This document shows, one piece after another, positions 38,376 through 48,098 of a stretch of 64,000 nucleotides of DNA (within the stretch, counting starts at the first letter, position 1; every line of letters begins with the position of its first letter). The position numbers were made by a program, and so were the translations under genes. The notes below the pieces were generated by a model. The model did no database searches and had not been told where the DNA came from. It saw only the letters and a program-made list of their open reading frames with translations. Source of the DNA: an uncultured virus (IMG/VR IMGVR_UViG_3300033143_001932) (taxonomy: Duplodnaviria; Heunggongvirae; Uroviricota; Caudoviricetes; Crassvirales); the IMG/VR virus record IMGVR_UViG_3300033143_001932, one strand, 5' to 3'.

Positions 38376-39611
38376 TTATATATTAAAATCGTTTCTAAAG
38401 TGTTTTAACGTATAGTCTTTTTTGCTATTTACAGCTTTATATATATTGTCCTCAATCCCATCTTCTGCAAAAATCCAATATATTTTATTGTGTGTTCTGT
38501 CTTTAGTTGTCATACGATCTCTACTTTGCCAATAGCTAGTGGCACTAAAGTCTATATTGTAATATACTAAATACTTAGCATTTCGTAAAGAAATACCTTC
38601 TCGTCCACTTACAATTTGAAGGGCAATATTTTTATCTCCTTCATTAAACTCTTCTATTTCGGTAGTTAAATCATCTCCAAACACTTCTTTCAAAGCCTCT
38701 AATTCTGCCTTGAATTTGTAAAATATTCCTATCTTTTTACCTTCAAATCTTTTTTTAATAAACAGTGCCTTGGATAAATCTAAAACCTGTTTTTTACCTG
38801 ACTCAAAAATAACAGTACCTGAAAACATTTGATGAAGCTTTCCCATCAACTTAACACCAGTGTCGGCTAAGATGATCTCATTTTCCCCCTCAATAACTTT
38901 ATCTCTTCGTAATGTACTACACAACTGATAAGTAGTAGAACTCATTGGAACGTGAAGTATCTCTTCATCTATATTAGATTTAAACCCCGCTTCTTTCTGA
39001 GTAAAGTTAATAGTGTAAGGCTTCATGTCTTTGATTATCTTAACCTCGACAGCTCTAGAGTAATCTGTTACCGTATGGGTTCCTAAATACTTTACCCTTT
39101 TGTTTACGTAATCATCAGCCCATCTATAAAAGTTCTTGTATTGCTTGAAGGGGTTATTGGGGTGTCCATAAACCTGGTGATACATTTGAGAAAAACTCTC
39201 TGGTGTAGGTGTTCCTGACATTAAAATTAATTTAGATTTCCATATAGCTAAATCATTCTTTAATTGTTTAGCCCGCTTAGATGGAGTAGCGAAAGCCCCT
39301 AGTGAGTGGGCTTCGTCTGCAATAATTACATCAGGATAAAATCCTAGTCCTATTTTATGGACACTTTCATAATTAATAACCTCTAATTCAAAGGAGGGTT
39401 TAAGTAATTTATAGTCTGACACAATACTACTAATAGCTTTTTTCTTAGTAATAAATAAGACTCGTTGAGCTTTAATCTTTTGGCAAATTCCTAGTGAGGT
39501 AAGGGTTTTGCCTGTTCTTACCTCCATCGCTAAATATAGCAATCCGTTTTTAAGTATAATATCTGTTCCTTGTTTTATAATTTCATTTTGGTAATCTCTA
39601 AACTTAATCAT
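38376..39611 (-). CDS. SF2/SNF2-like helicase
   Basis: EVRTGKT Walker A, IADEAH, MSGTP, GREGISL and QSRDR motifs. Confidence 0.85.
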   Translation of the reverse strand: MIKFRDYQNEIIKQGTDIILKNGLLYLAMEVRTGKTLTSLGICQKIKAQRVLFITKKKAISSIVSDYKLLKPSFELEVINYESVHKIGLGFYPDVIIADEAHSLGAFATPSKRAKQLKNDLAIWKSKLILMSGTPTPESFSQMYHQVYGHPNNPFKQYKNFYRWADDYVNKRVKYLGTHTVTDYSRAVEVKIIKDMKPYTINFTQKEAGFKSNIDEEILHVPMSSTTYQLCSTLRRDKVIEGENEIILADTGVKLMGKLHQMFSGTVIFESGKKQVLDLSKALFIKKRFEGKKIGIFYKFKAELEALKEVFGDDLTTEIEEFNEGDKNIALQIVSGREGISLRNAKYLVYYNIDFSATSYWQSRDRMTTKDRTHNKIYWIFAEDGIEDNIYKAVNSKKDYTLKHFRNDFNI

Positions 39612-41982
39612 CTAAATTTAATTTTACTTGCTTTATTGGTTCTCTAAATATAAAATATATACCCTCTGTCCTTCTTCCTTCCCTAACCTTTTGACCAGTT
39701 AAGTAGTTTCCAGCTAATCTCATCCACTTGTTCCAAGCACTGTGAGACATCTTGTTGAAGTCAGGGTTCTGTAGTACAAACTCTAACCTTAATACATTAC
39801 TTATTATTTCTGTTTCATAAGGCACAAGGTGTTGGTTTTCGTATAAAAACTGTACAAACTCTCTGCATGTCTCAGCTTCAAACTTTCTATCTTTAAGGTT
39901 CTTGAATGGAGCTGTAATGAATCCAGTCTTTAAATAGTTTTTAAGGCAGTTAACCATATAGTTATCAAACTTACACCACTCATCATCTCCCCATTCTGAA
40001 AAGAATAGTCTTTTAAATTCATCATAAGGGGTGTATGTCTTAGAGTAATGAGCAAAAAATTCTAACTCCCACTTTCTTCTTTCGTATGAATTCCCCTTAC
40101 CTTTAATAGCGTAGTTTGTTGTGATCACTACTTTGGGGGAAGAATGAAATGGAATCTTAATAGCGTCTTTGTTTTTCTTTTCTAATGTTATTCCTTCTGT
40201 TATAACACTAAACAATCTTTCAAACTCAAAGTTCTTTTTAACATCATCAAACGTAAGTATTTGAGTGTCAGCAGATACTAATTGATATGCAAAGGATCTT
40301 TCAAAGTAAAAAGCCTTCCCATCTATAGTAACCATTTTCTTTAATTGGGCCACACCTTGAACGAAGAGACCTTTTCCAGTACCACCCTCGGGGTCGTCTG
40401 ATATCACCTCATCATTAATAATTATAGCTGGACAATACCCCATGTTCTTATAACCGTGAAGTAAAAATCCTATGGTGCTTTCTACAGCTTTTATACGTTG
40501 TGAATTGTCTTCGCTTATGTTGTGGATAAACTTCTTATAATCACAATCTGTATCATCACACACATAAAAGTTTCTATTTATTACCTGGTCTTTCCAAACA
40601 TATCCATCTAAGTCGTCATATTCAATCTCATCAATTCCGTTCTTGGTTATTCGAATGGCTACATTATCAAAATATATATAAGCTTCTTTTGCTGTGTCTT
40701 TCTTAAACGACACCTCACTATAATTTAAAAGCGATAAGAAATCTTCTTTAAAGTATCTAGTCTTGTCTGCGAAATGATTGTATATAGATAAGTCTTCAAG
40801 GTTAGCTAAGTAATTCAACACATAATCTTTCATCTTATCCTCAGTGGTGTTGTCTATACGGTTAGACTTTATATGTATGAAAACATAATTATTACTCCCC
40901 GGTGGTTGATATTTAAAGAATCCGTGATCTTGTAAAAACTCTTTAAACTTAAATGGTATAATTCTAACCACTCCCTTTTCTGACCTTACCCAAAAGTCTT
41001 TCTTCTCAATTGACTCTTCTTCTTTCTTAATTACTAAATCAACCTCTTCGCTCTCAAACCCAGAGTCTCTTAATTTAGAGCGAATTTCCTTTTTTGGTAC
41101 ACCACACTTTAGTTGGTACCTAACCTGGTCTACCGAGTTAGTGTCTTCAAAATACTTAGTATTAAAATTAGATGAGTTTTTATAAGCGCTATTAATGGTG
41201 GTATTCATTTCTTTCTGTGAAAACCCATTACCAATATACTCCCCCATCACATAGGTAGCAAAACTCTTATCAACACCGAAGTCGTTTAAGGCGGCAGCTA
41301 ATATGTATATGTTGTTATTTCTTTCCCCTTCAACCATGCCATACTTAGCCTCCCACCATTTTTTTAGTCGGGACACAATTACATCTTGTTCTTTTATTAT
41401 TAAAGTAGGAGGATCTATAGAATATTCATATTGCTCATAACTAACAGTCTCCATACTGGTATAGGTCTCACTGTCATTGTTGTAATATAAATTAGGGTCA
41501 TAACTTTCATAACACACCCTTGATATGTTTTTAGATGTGGGGTCAAACTCATCACAATGATAATAATCTTGTAAAGAGAGAAAATATTTTTTATGATTAT
41601 CAGGGTCTTCTGGAATAGCTACTAATACCTTTAATCCATTACCACTAGGAGAAGTAAATACAGCTCTAGTGTATTTATCTTTTTCTATTTCTAATCTTTT
41701 TTGTTTTAAGCTTTTTTTAGTTTTAAACCCATCAAAGTCTAAACAAATCAAACCGCTATGCTCGATAATTGCTTTATCCTCTCGCTTGTTAAATTTTCCT
41801 GAAAAACATATAGCTGGAAGCTGTTGCTTTAATAACGATCTTGACTCTTTATCTTTTTCTTTTCTAATATTTTCAACTAAATCTTGAGAATTACCTTCCT
41901 TTATTCTTAATAATATTACTTCCAAACTCCTATAAAAAGGAACAGAAGTATCACGAATACTCTTAAATATGGTTATAAGCAT
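39604..41982 (-). CDS. primase-helicase (VirE-N/BT4734-like primase, PriCT and P-loop helicase)
   Basis: HSGLICLDFD, FTSPSGNGLK, GERNN, GGTGKG, TFDD and VITTNY motifs. Confidence 0.85.
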   Translation of the reverse strand: MLITIFKSIRDTSVPFYRSLEVILLRIKEGNSQDLVENIRKEKDKESRSLLKQQLPAICFSGKFNKREDKAIIEHSGLICLDFDGFKTKKSLKQKRLEIEKDKYTRAVFTSPSGNGLKVLVAIPEDPDNHKKYFLSLQDYYHCDEFDPTSKNISRVCYESYDPNLYYNNDSETYTSMETVSYEQYEYSIDPPTLIIKEQDVIVSRLKKWWEAKYGMVEGERNNNIYILAAALNDFGVDKSFATYVMGEYIGNGFSQKEMNTTINSAYKNSSNFNTKYFEDTNSVDQVRYQLKCGVPKKEIRSKLRDSGFESEEVDLVIKKEEESIEKKDFWVRSEKGVVRIIPFKFKEFLQDHGFFKYQPPGSNNYVFIHIKSNRIDNTTEDKMKDYVLNYLANLEDLSIYNHFADKTRYFKEDFLSLLNYSEVSFKKDTAKEAYIYFDNVAIRITKNGIDEIEYDDLDGYVWKDQVINRNFYVCDDTDCDYKKFIHNISEDNSQRIKAVESTIGFLLHGYKNMGYCPAIIINDEVISDDPEGGTGKGLFVQGVAQLKKMVTIDGKAFYFERSFAYQLVSADTQILTFDDVKKNFEFERLFSVITEGITLEKKNKDAIKIPFHSSPKVVITTNYAIKGKGNSYERRKWELEFFAHYSKTYTPYDEFKRLFFSEWGDDEWCKFDNYMVNCLKNYLKTGFITAPFKNLKDRKFEAETCREFVQFLYENQHLVPYETEIISNVLRLEFVLQNPDFNKMSHSAWNKWMRLAGNYLTGQKVREGRRTEGIYFIFREPIKQVKLNLDD

Positions 41983-42155
41983 GTTACTTTTTAATGATTT
42001 ATGTTGGTTTTATGTTGGTTTTTTAGACCTAACTAACTAGTTCTTAGATACTTATGTTATAATGTTGGTTTTTACGCACACACACACAAGAAGTAAATAT
42101 AATATTAATAATAAATATTATTTGTATATGGCGAAAATTCTTAACATTTCAACAT
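41981..42155. repeat. origin-like iteron array 1 (5x ATGTT plus 2x inverted AACAT)
   Basis: ATGTT at 41981, 42001, 42012, 42054, 42062; AACAT at 42143, 42151; AT-rich spacer; abuts the primase start. Confidence 0.7.
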
Positions 42156-42157
42156 AT

Positions 42158-42229
42158 AAAAAAGAGAGAAGTATGACAGGCAAACAAAAGCTAACCCTGC
42201 GTGGACCTCGCGGCAACCACCTTCTCTCT
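42158..42229 (-). terminator. terminator-like branched hairpin upstream of origin/primase
   Basis: AGAGAGAAG/CTTCTCTCT stem plus U-tract enclosing two internal hairpins. Confidence 0.5.
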
Positions 42230-42249
42230 AATATATACATTCTATTTAT

Positions 42250-42549
42250 TTAGAACGGCAAATCCGCTGGATCCTCATCTTCAAAGCTTTCTTGTGCTTC
42301 ACCAACAGCGGGTTGTGGTTCAGGCGTAACTTCTTGTTTCTTAGGTTCCCAAGTGTTTAATTCACAATATAGCCCACCCTTTTTTGATAACTTAACAGTT
42401 ACTCTACACTTGCCATTAGGCTTCATGTGTTGTTTTAAAAAGACGATTGCATCTTCTACATTAAATTCGATATCACCTATAATAAATTCAGGTGCGTTTT
42501 CATTTTGGTAAAAATTAATACCGTTTGCAAAAATTTTCTCTGTACTCAT
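42250..42549 (-). CDS. putative ssDNA-binding protein
   Basis: 99 aa with acidic tail ending DLPF; next to the recombination genes. Confidence 0.6.
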   Translation of the reverse strand: MSTEKIFANGINFYQNENAPEFIIGDIEFNVEDAIVFLKQHMKPNGKCRVTVKLSKKGGLYCELNTWEPKKQEVTPEPQPAVGEAQESFEDEDPADLPF

Positions 42550-42568
42550 AGTTTTACTTTTTTATTGT

Positions 42569-43303
42569 TTATAATATGCCAGACACATAATATTGTTCTA
42601 TGTCTTGCGTTTTGTTTTCTCCATAAAAGGCTTCATAATTAGCGGTGGCCATTCTTACTTTCTCTGCTCCAGCTTCAATAAACTCTGTAGAGCATTCAAA
42701 GAACCCCATCCGACACGTTTTCTTTTCTATTACTATAAATTGTAAAGGTTTACCAAAGATTGTTTGGTATATGTAAGCCTGGCTATCGTAATTGTATTTC
42801 CTAGCCGAATACCTAAACCCATCCAAATCTGATGTTGTTTTAATATCTACAATACTCTTGTCAAGTATCCTGTCAGCTTTAGCTTTCCACATATTTCCTT
42901 CAATCTCAGCGATCCCAGGGACTTCATTTTCCCCTGGCAACCCCCATATCATATCAGAAATCTCTAAATTTGATTTCAACGCTTTAACCATAGCTGTCAA
43001 TTCATCTACTTCTTTTTGAAGGAGAATCATTTCATCTGTATGATTTAGCATTTCTTCTTTATATATTTTAGTATTTCTACTAGAAGAATCACTAATAGGA
43101 TATGTACTTAGTTTAGCAGATTCTAAACAAGCGGTGTGTAGGTATCTACCTTTCAACATAGGAAGGGTAAACTTACTTTTCTTGAAAGAGTGTAGGTCGT
43201 ATAAAAGAGCCCCTATATCAGAATTTGATAAATAAGTTTTGCCAAATTCACCATAGTATTGTTCGTCATCTTTTAACTTAGTAAGAATTTGATTATTTGT
43301 CAT
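42569..43303 (-). CDS. PD-(D/E)XK exonuclease (RecE/ExoVIII-like)
   Basis: LSNSDI, GRYLHTACLE, KAKADRI..IVDIKTT and YNYDSQAYIY motifs. Confidence 0.8.
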   Translation of the reverse strand: MTNNQILTKLKDDEQYYGEFGKTYLSNSDIGALLYDLHSFKKSKFTLPMLKGRYLHTACLESAKLSTYPISDSSSRNTKIYKEEMLNHTDEMILLQKEVDELTAMVKALKSNLEISDMIWGLPGENEVPGIAEIEGNMWKAKADRILDKSIVDIKTTSDLDGFRYSARKYNYDSQAYIYQTIFGKPLQFIVIEKKTCRMGFFECSTEFIEAGAEKVRMATANYEAFYGENKTQDIEQYYVSGIL

Positions 43304-44021
43304 CTTTACTCTCCTTTAGTTTTTTTAGTTCTACTCCCAGCTCCTTCTTTACAGCTGCGGAAATTCTGTACTTCAAACCCAATGTTTTAGCCACTTGAGT
43401 TAAAGATTGATCCTTATTGTTTGCTATGTAGGTCATTACTTTTTTCCAATTATTATCATCTTTACTTAAGTCAATTAACTCTCGTTTAACAGGCTTATTA
43501 GCTTTAGTAGGTTGAGGTGATGGAGCACTTGTTTTAAGCTTAGAACTACCATTAACACTTGCCCTTGGAGTTTCTCCTTCATCTATTATGTCATCGCCAG
43601 TATATAAACCTAGCCCCAATCCAAACAACGCTAAATTCTTAACTAAACACCGCATAATAGCTTTGTTTATATCAAACATTGAAGCTCCAGCTACCGCCTT
43701 CTCTCCATACCTGGTAGTGTATTTGTAAGGTTGAGCCTTCATAGCCTTGTGAGATCCATCCATAACCGGCAAGTGCATTCCTAGTGTTTCACCACATACA
43801 GTTACTGTAGTAGAAACCATGTACCCTAAGTGCTCATCATACAGATAAGGTTTTCCTTCATATTCAGTTACGTTGTACGTTGCGGTGGAGTCTCTTTGTT
43901 TTATTATCCCCCAAGCCTGAGACCAGGGCAAATAAGTAAGACCGTTTTTTTCTTCTACTTTTGTAGACACGTCAATTGTGGCTAACGTCTTAAACGTTAA
44001 CTTTTCTTCTTTTTTATCCAT
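43293..44021 (-). CDS. Sak3/DUF1071-like single-strand annealing protein
   Basis: KNGLTYLPWSQAW, LPVMD and DINKAIMRCLVKNLALFGLGLGLYTGDD motifs. Confidence 0.8.
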   Translation of the reverse strand: MDKKEEKLTFKTLATIDVSTKVEEKNGLTYLPWSQAWGIIKQRDSTATYNVTEYEGKPYLYDEHLGYMVSTTVTVCGETLGMHLPVMDGSHKAMKAQPYKYTTRYGEKAVAGASMFDINKAIMRCLVKNLALFGLGLGLYTGDDIIDEGETPRASVNGSSKLKTSAPSPQPTKANKPVKRELIDLSKDDNNWKKVMTYIANNKDQSLTQVAKTLGLKYRISAAVKKELGVELKKLKESKDDK

Positions 44022-44026
44022 AATTA

Positions 44027-44368
44027 TTATTTTATGATTTTGTTTTTACTAAGGATTTTATCTCCTTTTTTCTGTCCATACACTATGTTACCGTGAGTTA
44101 CTGTATAACCCCTAGTTTTCATGTAGCGTAATATATCAACAGGTTTACATCCATCTTTCTTGCATAGCGAATAAAAGATGAATCGAGACTCGGCAATATG
44201 AGTTTCTCGAGTTTTTGAAAACATTTCATTTTCAGTTACTCTACACATCTCACACACCTCAGACACTCTTTCGTCTAGTTTAGTGTAGTTTAGCATTTCG
44301 TGTTGAATTTTTAATTGTATTGTATTATAATCTTGCAGACATACTGCCATTTCTTTTGTTCTTCCCAT
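44027..44368 (-). CDS. DnaA domain-IV-like HTH protein (start probably 44368)
   Basis: MFSKTRETHIAESRFIFYSLC...HGNIVYG resembles the DnaA C-terminal DNA-binding domain. Confidence 0.6.
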   Translation of the reverse strand: MGRTKEMAVCLQDYNTIQLKIQHEMLNYTKLDERVSEVCEMCRVTENEMFSKTRETHIAESRFIFYSLCKKDGCKPVDILRYMKTRGYTVTHGNIVYGQKKGDKILSKNKIIK

Positions 44369-44374
44369 AAAAAG

Positions 44375-44406
44375 CAAATATATAAATAATATGTTATATT
44401 AACAAG
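44375..44406 (-). promoter_or_regulatory. Bacteroidota-type promoter for the replication operon
   Basis: - strand CTTG-N20-TATATTTG. Confidence 0.7.
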
Positions 44407-44595
44407 TTATTCAAATATTTTTTTAATCTTATTAAGAAGTTTTACATCATCTTTTGAATCTCTAATTAAAGTTCTAACTGATTCTAAAACCTTTAACATT
44501 CCTATAGCGTACATTTTTTGTGATTGCGATCCGTGATTTAATTTTTCCATCGCCAACTTACTTAAGTCTTCTATTTGGTGTTTTATTTCGCTCAT
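44407..44595 (-). CDS. hypothetical protein
   Basis: 62-aa ORF in the early cluster. Confidence 0.5.
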   Translation of the reverse strand: MSEIKHQIEDLSKLAMEKLNHGSQSQKMYAIGMLKVLESVRTLIRDSKDDVKLLNKIKKIFE

Positions 44596-44596
44596 T

Positions 44597-44815
44597 TTAT
44601 TTTTTTCTTTTAGAGTAATAAGGACTATCGATTATATTTATTCTATTAATATTATATAGTTTCCCAACCTCTAGTGTATCTTTTGAAAGAATAACCTCTA
44701 CTTGTTTAGTTTTAGGGTTTTGTAAATGGTAGAGCTGAACATCCAGCTTACTAACTACTTCAAACTTAGAACACCCTAAAAGGGTTGCTAAAAAAATGGG
44801 GTAAAGGTTTTTCAT
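44597..44815 (-). CDS. small lipoprotein
   Basis: MKNLYPIFLATLLG-C lipobox. Confidence 0.6.
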   Translation of the reverse strand: MKNLYPIFLATLLGCSKFEVVSKLDVQLYHLQNPKTKQVEVILSKDTLEVGKLYNINRINIIDSPYYSKRKK

Positions 44816-45076
44816 TCTATTCCGTATTTTATTTTTTTCTGCCCTGACGCTTTTAAAGATACACCTTTTTCATTTGTCATCTTTTTTCTTTTTCATTTTA
44901 TTTAAATACATATCGTCAAATTTATTTAACAATATCAGTAATATAAAATTAATATACCCTTTCATCGTGTTTGAGATTTTATGTTACATATTCTGATGTA
45001 AAGCTCTACATTAAAAGAGCCTTCGTTATTTCTGGTCCACCAGCTAATTTGATCACTTAATTCTATCTTCATTTTA

Positions 45077-45742
45077 TTATGCTTGCATACGTTCTATTTC
45101 TTTTAAAGCTTCTTTTTTGGTAGTGCTTACAAATTCCTCTAGGCTCCATTCCATATACCATCCTTTTTTATATTCATCACCTAGCTTATGGTAATCCTCT
45201 ACTAAATAAACTAAAGTTCCCCAATCTGTATCTACACTCTTGCCCCATACTGGTAAGTCGTATTCTTCCATATTCATAAGCACTCCATTTATAGATTGCC
45301 ATACAGCTCCATATCCCTGCTCTTCTTCCCATTCAAAAGTGAATGTTGGGATATCTTGGGATAGTTTGCGAATTATTTCTTCACTAGGTGGAGACCAAGC
45401 GGAAGTAAAGTTGTATACTCCATCATCATACTGATTATCATAACAACCCCATTTAGTTCCCCATACTTTATTAGCCCAGTCATACCAATTAGAGGCACCG
45501 TATTTCTTAATTAGGTTTTTAACCCTTTTCTTGGTAGTTCGATACGTTTTGAAACTTCCATTATCTACAACAGGTTCTTTTTTATACTCTTCCTCACTCA
45601 CGATCGTAGGGGGAGAAGTAGTGTTTTCTATTTCTTTTGGCATAGGTGCGTAGTATTTACACAAACCTACTTTAGATATTTCTTCTAATTTATCAGCATA
45701 CTGTTCTTCAACTGATATTATGTTATAAACGTGATTAGGCAT
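45077..45742 (-). CDS. Api92/DUF1281-like ferredoxin-fold protein
   Basis: MPNHVYN, NWYDWANKVWGTKW and FTSAWSPP motifs. Confidence 0.7.
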   Translation of the reverse strand: MPNHVYNIISVEEQYADKLEEISKVGLCKYYAPMPKEIENTTSPPTIVSEEEYKKEPVVDNGSFKTYRTTKKRVKNLIKKYGASNWYDWANKVWGTKWGCYDNQYDDGVYNFTSAWSPPSEEIIRKLSQDIPTFTFEWEEEQGYGAVWQSINGVLMNMEEYDLPVWGKSVDTDWGTLVYLVEDYHKLGDEYKKGWYMEWSLEEFVSTTKKEALKEIERMQA

Positions 45743-45747
45743 ATTTT

Positions 45748-46125
45748 TTATTTTAAATCTTCTAGTTCTTCTATTATGTTTTCTACGTCTTCTTTTTCTA
45801 ATCTAGCGTTCCATTTATCGCTTAGTGTTGACGACTCGCTTAGTATCTCTTCTCCTTTAATGTACACAAACATATTTACTACTTTTTCGGCATCACTAAA
45901 GTCTGTGCTACAATCTCCAAAGTGTAATTGTTCGTATTGTTTTATTTCTTCTATAGCATTAAACACCCCTCCATTTTCTTGAAGCCACTCTTTAGCTAGT
46001 GCAGTGCCTATAATGTAGTAATCCTCATTAAAGATGTAATTGTGTAAGTCGCATCCATAGTTGCCTTCTCCTCTATCATTTACTCCTTCAATTGCGTGAT
46101 CTACTAATTCTTCTAAATGTTTCAT
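45748..46125 (-). CDS. acidic hypothetical protein (start probably 46125)
   Basis: MKHLEELVD...; D/E-rich; the ORF-track start crosses a terminator. Confidence 0.6.
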   Translation of the reverse strand: MKHLEELVDHAIEGVNDRGEGNYGCDLHNYIFNEDYYIIGTALAKEWLQENGGVFNAIEEIKQYEQLHFGDCSTDFSDAEKVVNMFVYIKGEEILSESSTLSDKWNARLEKEDVENIIEELEDLK

Positions 46126-46149
46126 TTTATTTAAATTAAAATCCATAAT

Positions 46150-46176
46150 AAAAAGGCGAAAGTTATTATTACGCCT
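46150..46176 (-). terminator. probable intrinsic terminator
   Basis: - strand AGGCG...CGCCTTTTT. Confidence 0.5.
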
Positions 46177-46340
46177 AGTATCCATATATATTCTGTCCAG
46201 TAATGTTTCATTTTTTCTTTTTTAAAACTATTAACATCACCGCCATTACCAGGGTAAATATTAACATTATTTTTATTGTTCCCATAATTTTTTTATTTTT
46301 TTAATAATAGATCACTTTTTGATCACTTTTTTACAGGTCG

Positions 46341-46799
46341 CTACCAAGATGCTCGATACCATAAATCTCCATCTTGTTCGTTTTTCAATAAATCACTTAT
46401 CACTTCGAGAGTTTCTTGACAACAATCATAGTAGTATTCATCATACATTAAGCTACCAAAAAAGAACCCGCTGTCTGTGGGTAGGTGTTTGGCTGAGGTT
46501 TCCTCATCTTTATGGTGAAGGACAATTGTTAGTGTTGACACAAGATCAGCTAATATAGACCTATCTATATAGATCTCTTGACACTCGTCATTACCATCTG
46601 CGCAATTATCAATAAAGAACTTATGGATGTGATTAGCTTTTCGCCAATACATTATTTGTTCAACGGTTTCTGTGATTCGTTCAGGTTTTATTTCATGACC
46701 ACACTCTCTTTTAATGGTTATGTTATATCTTCTCTCTTTAGGAGTATGATTCCAATTTTCTACATACGTCCTTTTGTTTAAAAACATGTCTAATCCCAT
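46341..46799 (-). CDS. conserved phage hypothetical protein
   Basis: MGLDMFL..YWRKANHIHKFF..LPTDSGFFFGS..YRASW motif set. Confidence 0.7.
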   Translation of the reverse strand: MGLDMFLNKRTYVENWNHTPKERRYNITIKRECGHEIKPERITETVEQIMYWRKANHIHKFFIDNCADGNDECQEIYIDRSILADLVSTLTIVLHHKDEETSAKHLPTDSGFFFGSLMYDEYYYDCCQETLEVISDLLKNEQDGDLWYRASW

Positions 46800-46811
46800 A
46801 GTTTCTATTTG

Positions 46812-47018
46812 TTATTTTCCATAATTTATATATTTACTCGTCAGAGGTTCAATTATAAAATCATCTAATGATTCTTGTGAATCTTCATCTCTTTGAGCAT
46901 TGTGTTCCTCTAACCATTTCTCAGGGTTGTTAGTTATTACTTGTAATTCTTTTTCCCCGTCCCATTGACCGAGAGTTGAATAGTCAAAATATATTGCATA
47001 TTTTCTTGGTTCACTCAT
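46812..47018 (-). CDS. hypothetical protein
   Basis: 68 aa with AATAGAAATTATG leader. Confidence 0.55.
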   Translation of the reverse strand: MSEPRKYAIYFDYSTLGQWDGEKELQVITNNPEKWLEEHNAQRDEDSQESLDDFIIEPLTSKYINYGK

Positions 47019-47036
47019 AATTTCTATTTGTTATTA

Positions 47037-47288
47037 TTAATCTACTACACCACCTCTGTAGTAATTCCTTATTGTGTGGTGGTTAGGAAAGAATTCTTCG
47101 TGATATCTTCTGCGTACTTCATCACTTACAAAAGTGTAATGACATCCATTACAGTATTTTAATTCATTATTTAGGTTGTAATACTTTGCAAAAGATGCAT
47201 CTGTATCTGGCCAATCTTCTGTCCTTACTAATTCTGATTTAGCTCCTTGATATTTTACGTTCCAATATTCTACTTTAAATGTTTTCAT
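47037..47288 (-). CDS. hypothetical protein
   Basis: 83-aa ORF. Confidence 0.55.
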   Translation of the reverse strand: MKTFKVEYWNVKYQGAKSELVRTEDWPDTDASFAKYYNLNNELKYCNGCHYTFVSDEVRRRYHEEFFPNHHTIRNYYRGGVVD

Positions 47289-47289
47289 C

Positions 47290-47723
47290 TTATTTGTTAT
47301 ATTGTTTAATAAATTCTACTACTGCATTGTAGGTAGCATCTAGTTTGTTATCTCCATTCATTTCAATAATAATATCCATTGATTCTCCATCAAGTATGTA
47401 AACAAAATGTTGTTCTATTCTGAAATTATATAAATGACCTCTCATCGAATCTCCATCATTTCCGTCTTGAAAACTCTCTATCTTCTCCACTACAGGCATA
47501 AGCCAATCCCAAGAGGTGTGGTAATAAGCCAATCCCAAGAGGTGTGGTATTCAAGACAATCTTTAGGTATCTCCCATATTAGGTTGTCGTTTTCCACTCT
47601 ATTACTACACCACTCTCTATGGTCACTGGCTAGAAATTGAGGCAAACTATCTGACAATAGATACTCTCCCCTATCCGATATTTTATATCCCATAAATTCT
47701 GCTATTAGTTTATTGTTCTCCAT
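47290..47723 (-). pseudogene. LIAEFMG/YHTSWDWLMPVVEKIE-family gene frameshifted by a 26-bp duplication
   Basis: removing one repeat copy joins ORFs 47490-47723 and 47290-47538 into a single 135-aa ORF. Confidence 0.8.
47498..47549. repeat. perfect 26-bp tandem duplication
   Basis: ATAAGCCAATCCCAAGAGGTGTGGTA at 47498-47523 and 47524-47549. Confidence 0.95.
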
Positions 47724-47913
47724 CGTTATATTGTTTAATAAATTCTACTACTGATGGATATGTTACTTCAATATCTCCTACATATTCAAATTCTGGTTTT
47801 ATAAACAGTATTCTATTTACCACAGGCATTAACCAATCCCAAGCGTAAAATTCTCCATCAACTATTTCTAATTGATATCCCATAAATTCTGCTATTATTT
47901 CATTTTGCTCCAT
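47710..47913 (-). CDS. short paralogue of the 47290-47723 gene
   Basis: shares IAEFMGY, WDWLMPVV and VVEFIKQYN; 29-bp identity between 47725-47753 and 47296-47324. Confidence 0.7.
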   Translation of the reverse strand: MEQNEIIAEFMGYQLEIVDGEFYAWDWLMPVVNRILFIKPEFEYVGDIEVTYPSVVEFIKQYNDGEQ

Positions 47914-48098
47914 AATTTCTATTTTTTATTTAGGTTATTAATTTCAGAATAAAAGTCGTATCCGTATGACTCTTGATGTTCATCATCTTTGTTGAATCTA
48001 TCGTATACTACTCCCTCTGTGTCGAATTTTATTTGTATATAGTCACCACTTGGTAAGTATATATATCTATATTCTCCGTCCATTGTTTAACTTATTAC

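Noticed and set aside
42062..42253. 63-aa + strand ORF
   Set aside because: Overlies the iteron array and terminator, antisense to the operon
46310..46332. GATCACTTTTT tandem repeat
   Set aside because: Only two 11-nt copies and not noticed elsewhere; function cannot be supported
47498..47549. CRISPR mini-array
   Set aside because: Two abutting copies with no spacer, inside a coding sequence; no cas genes
47290..47913. Diversity-generating retroelement TR/VR pair
   Set aside because: No reverse transcriptase in the window; differences are indels rather than adenine-specific substitutions
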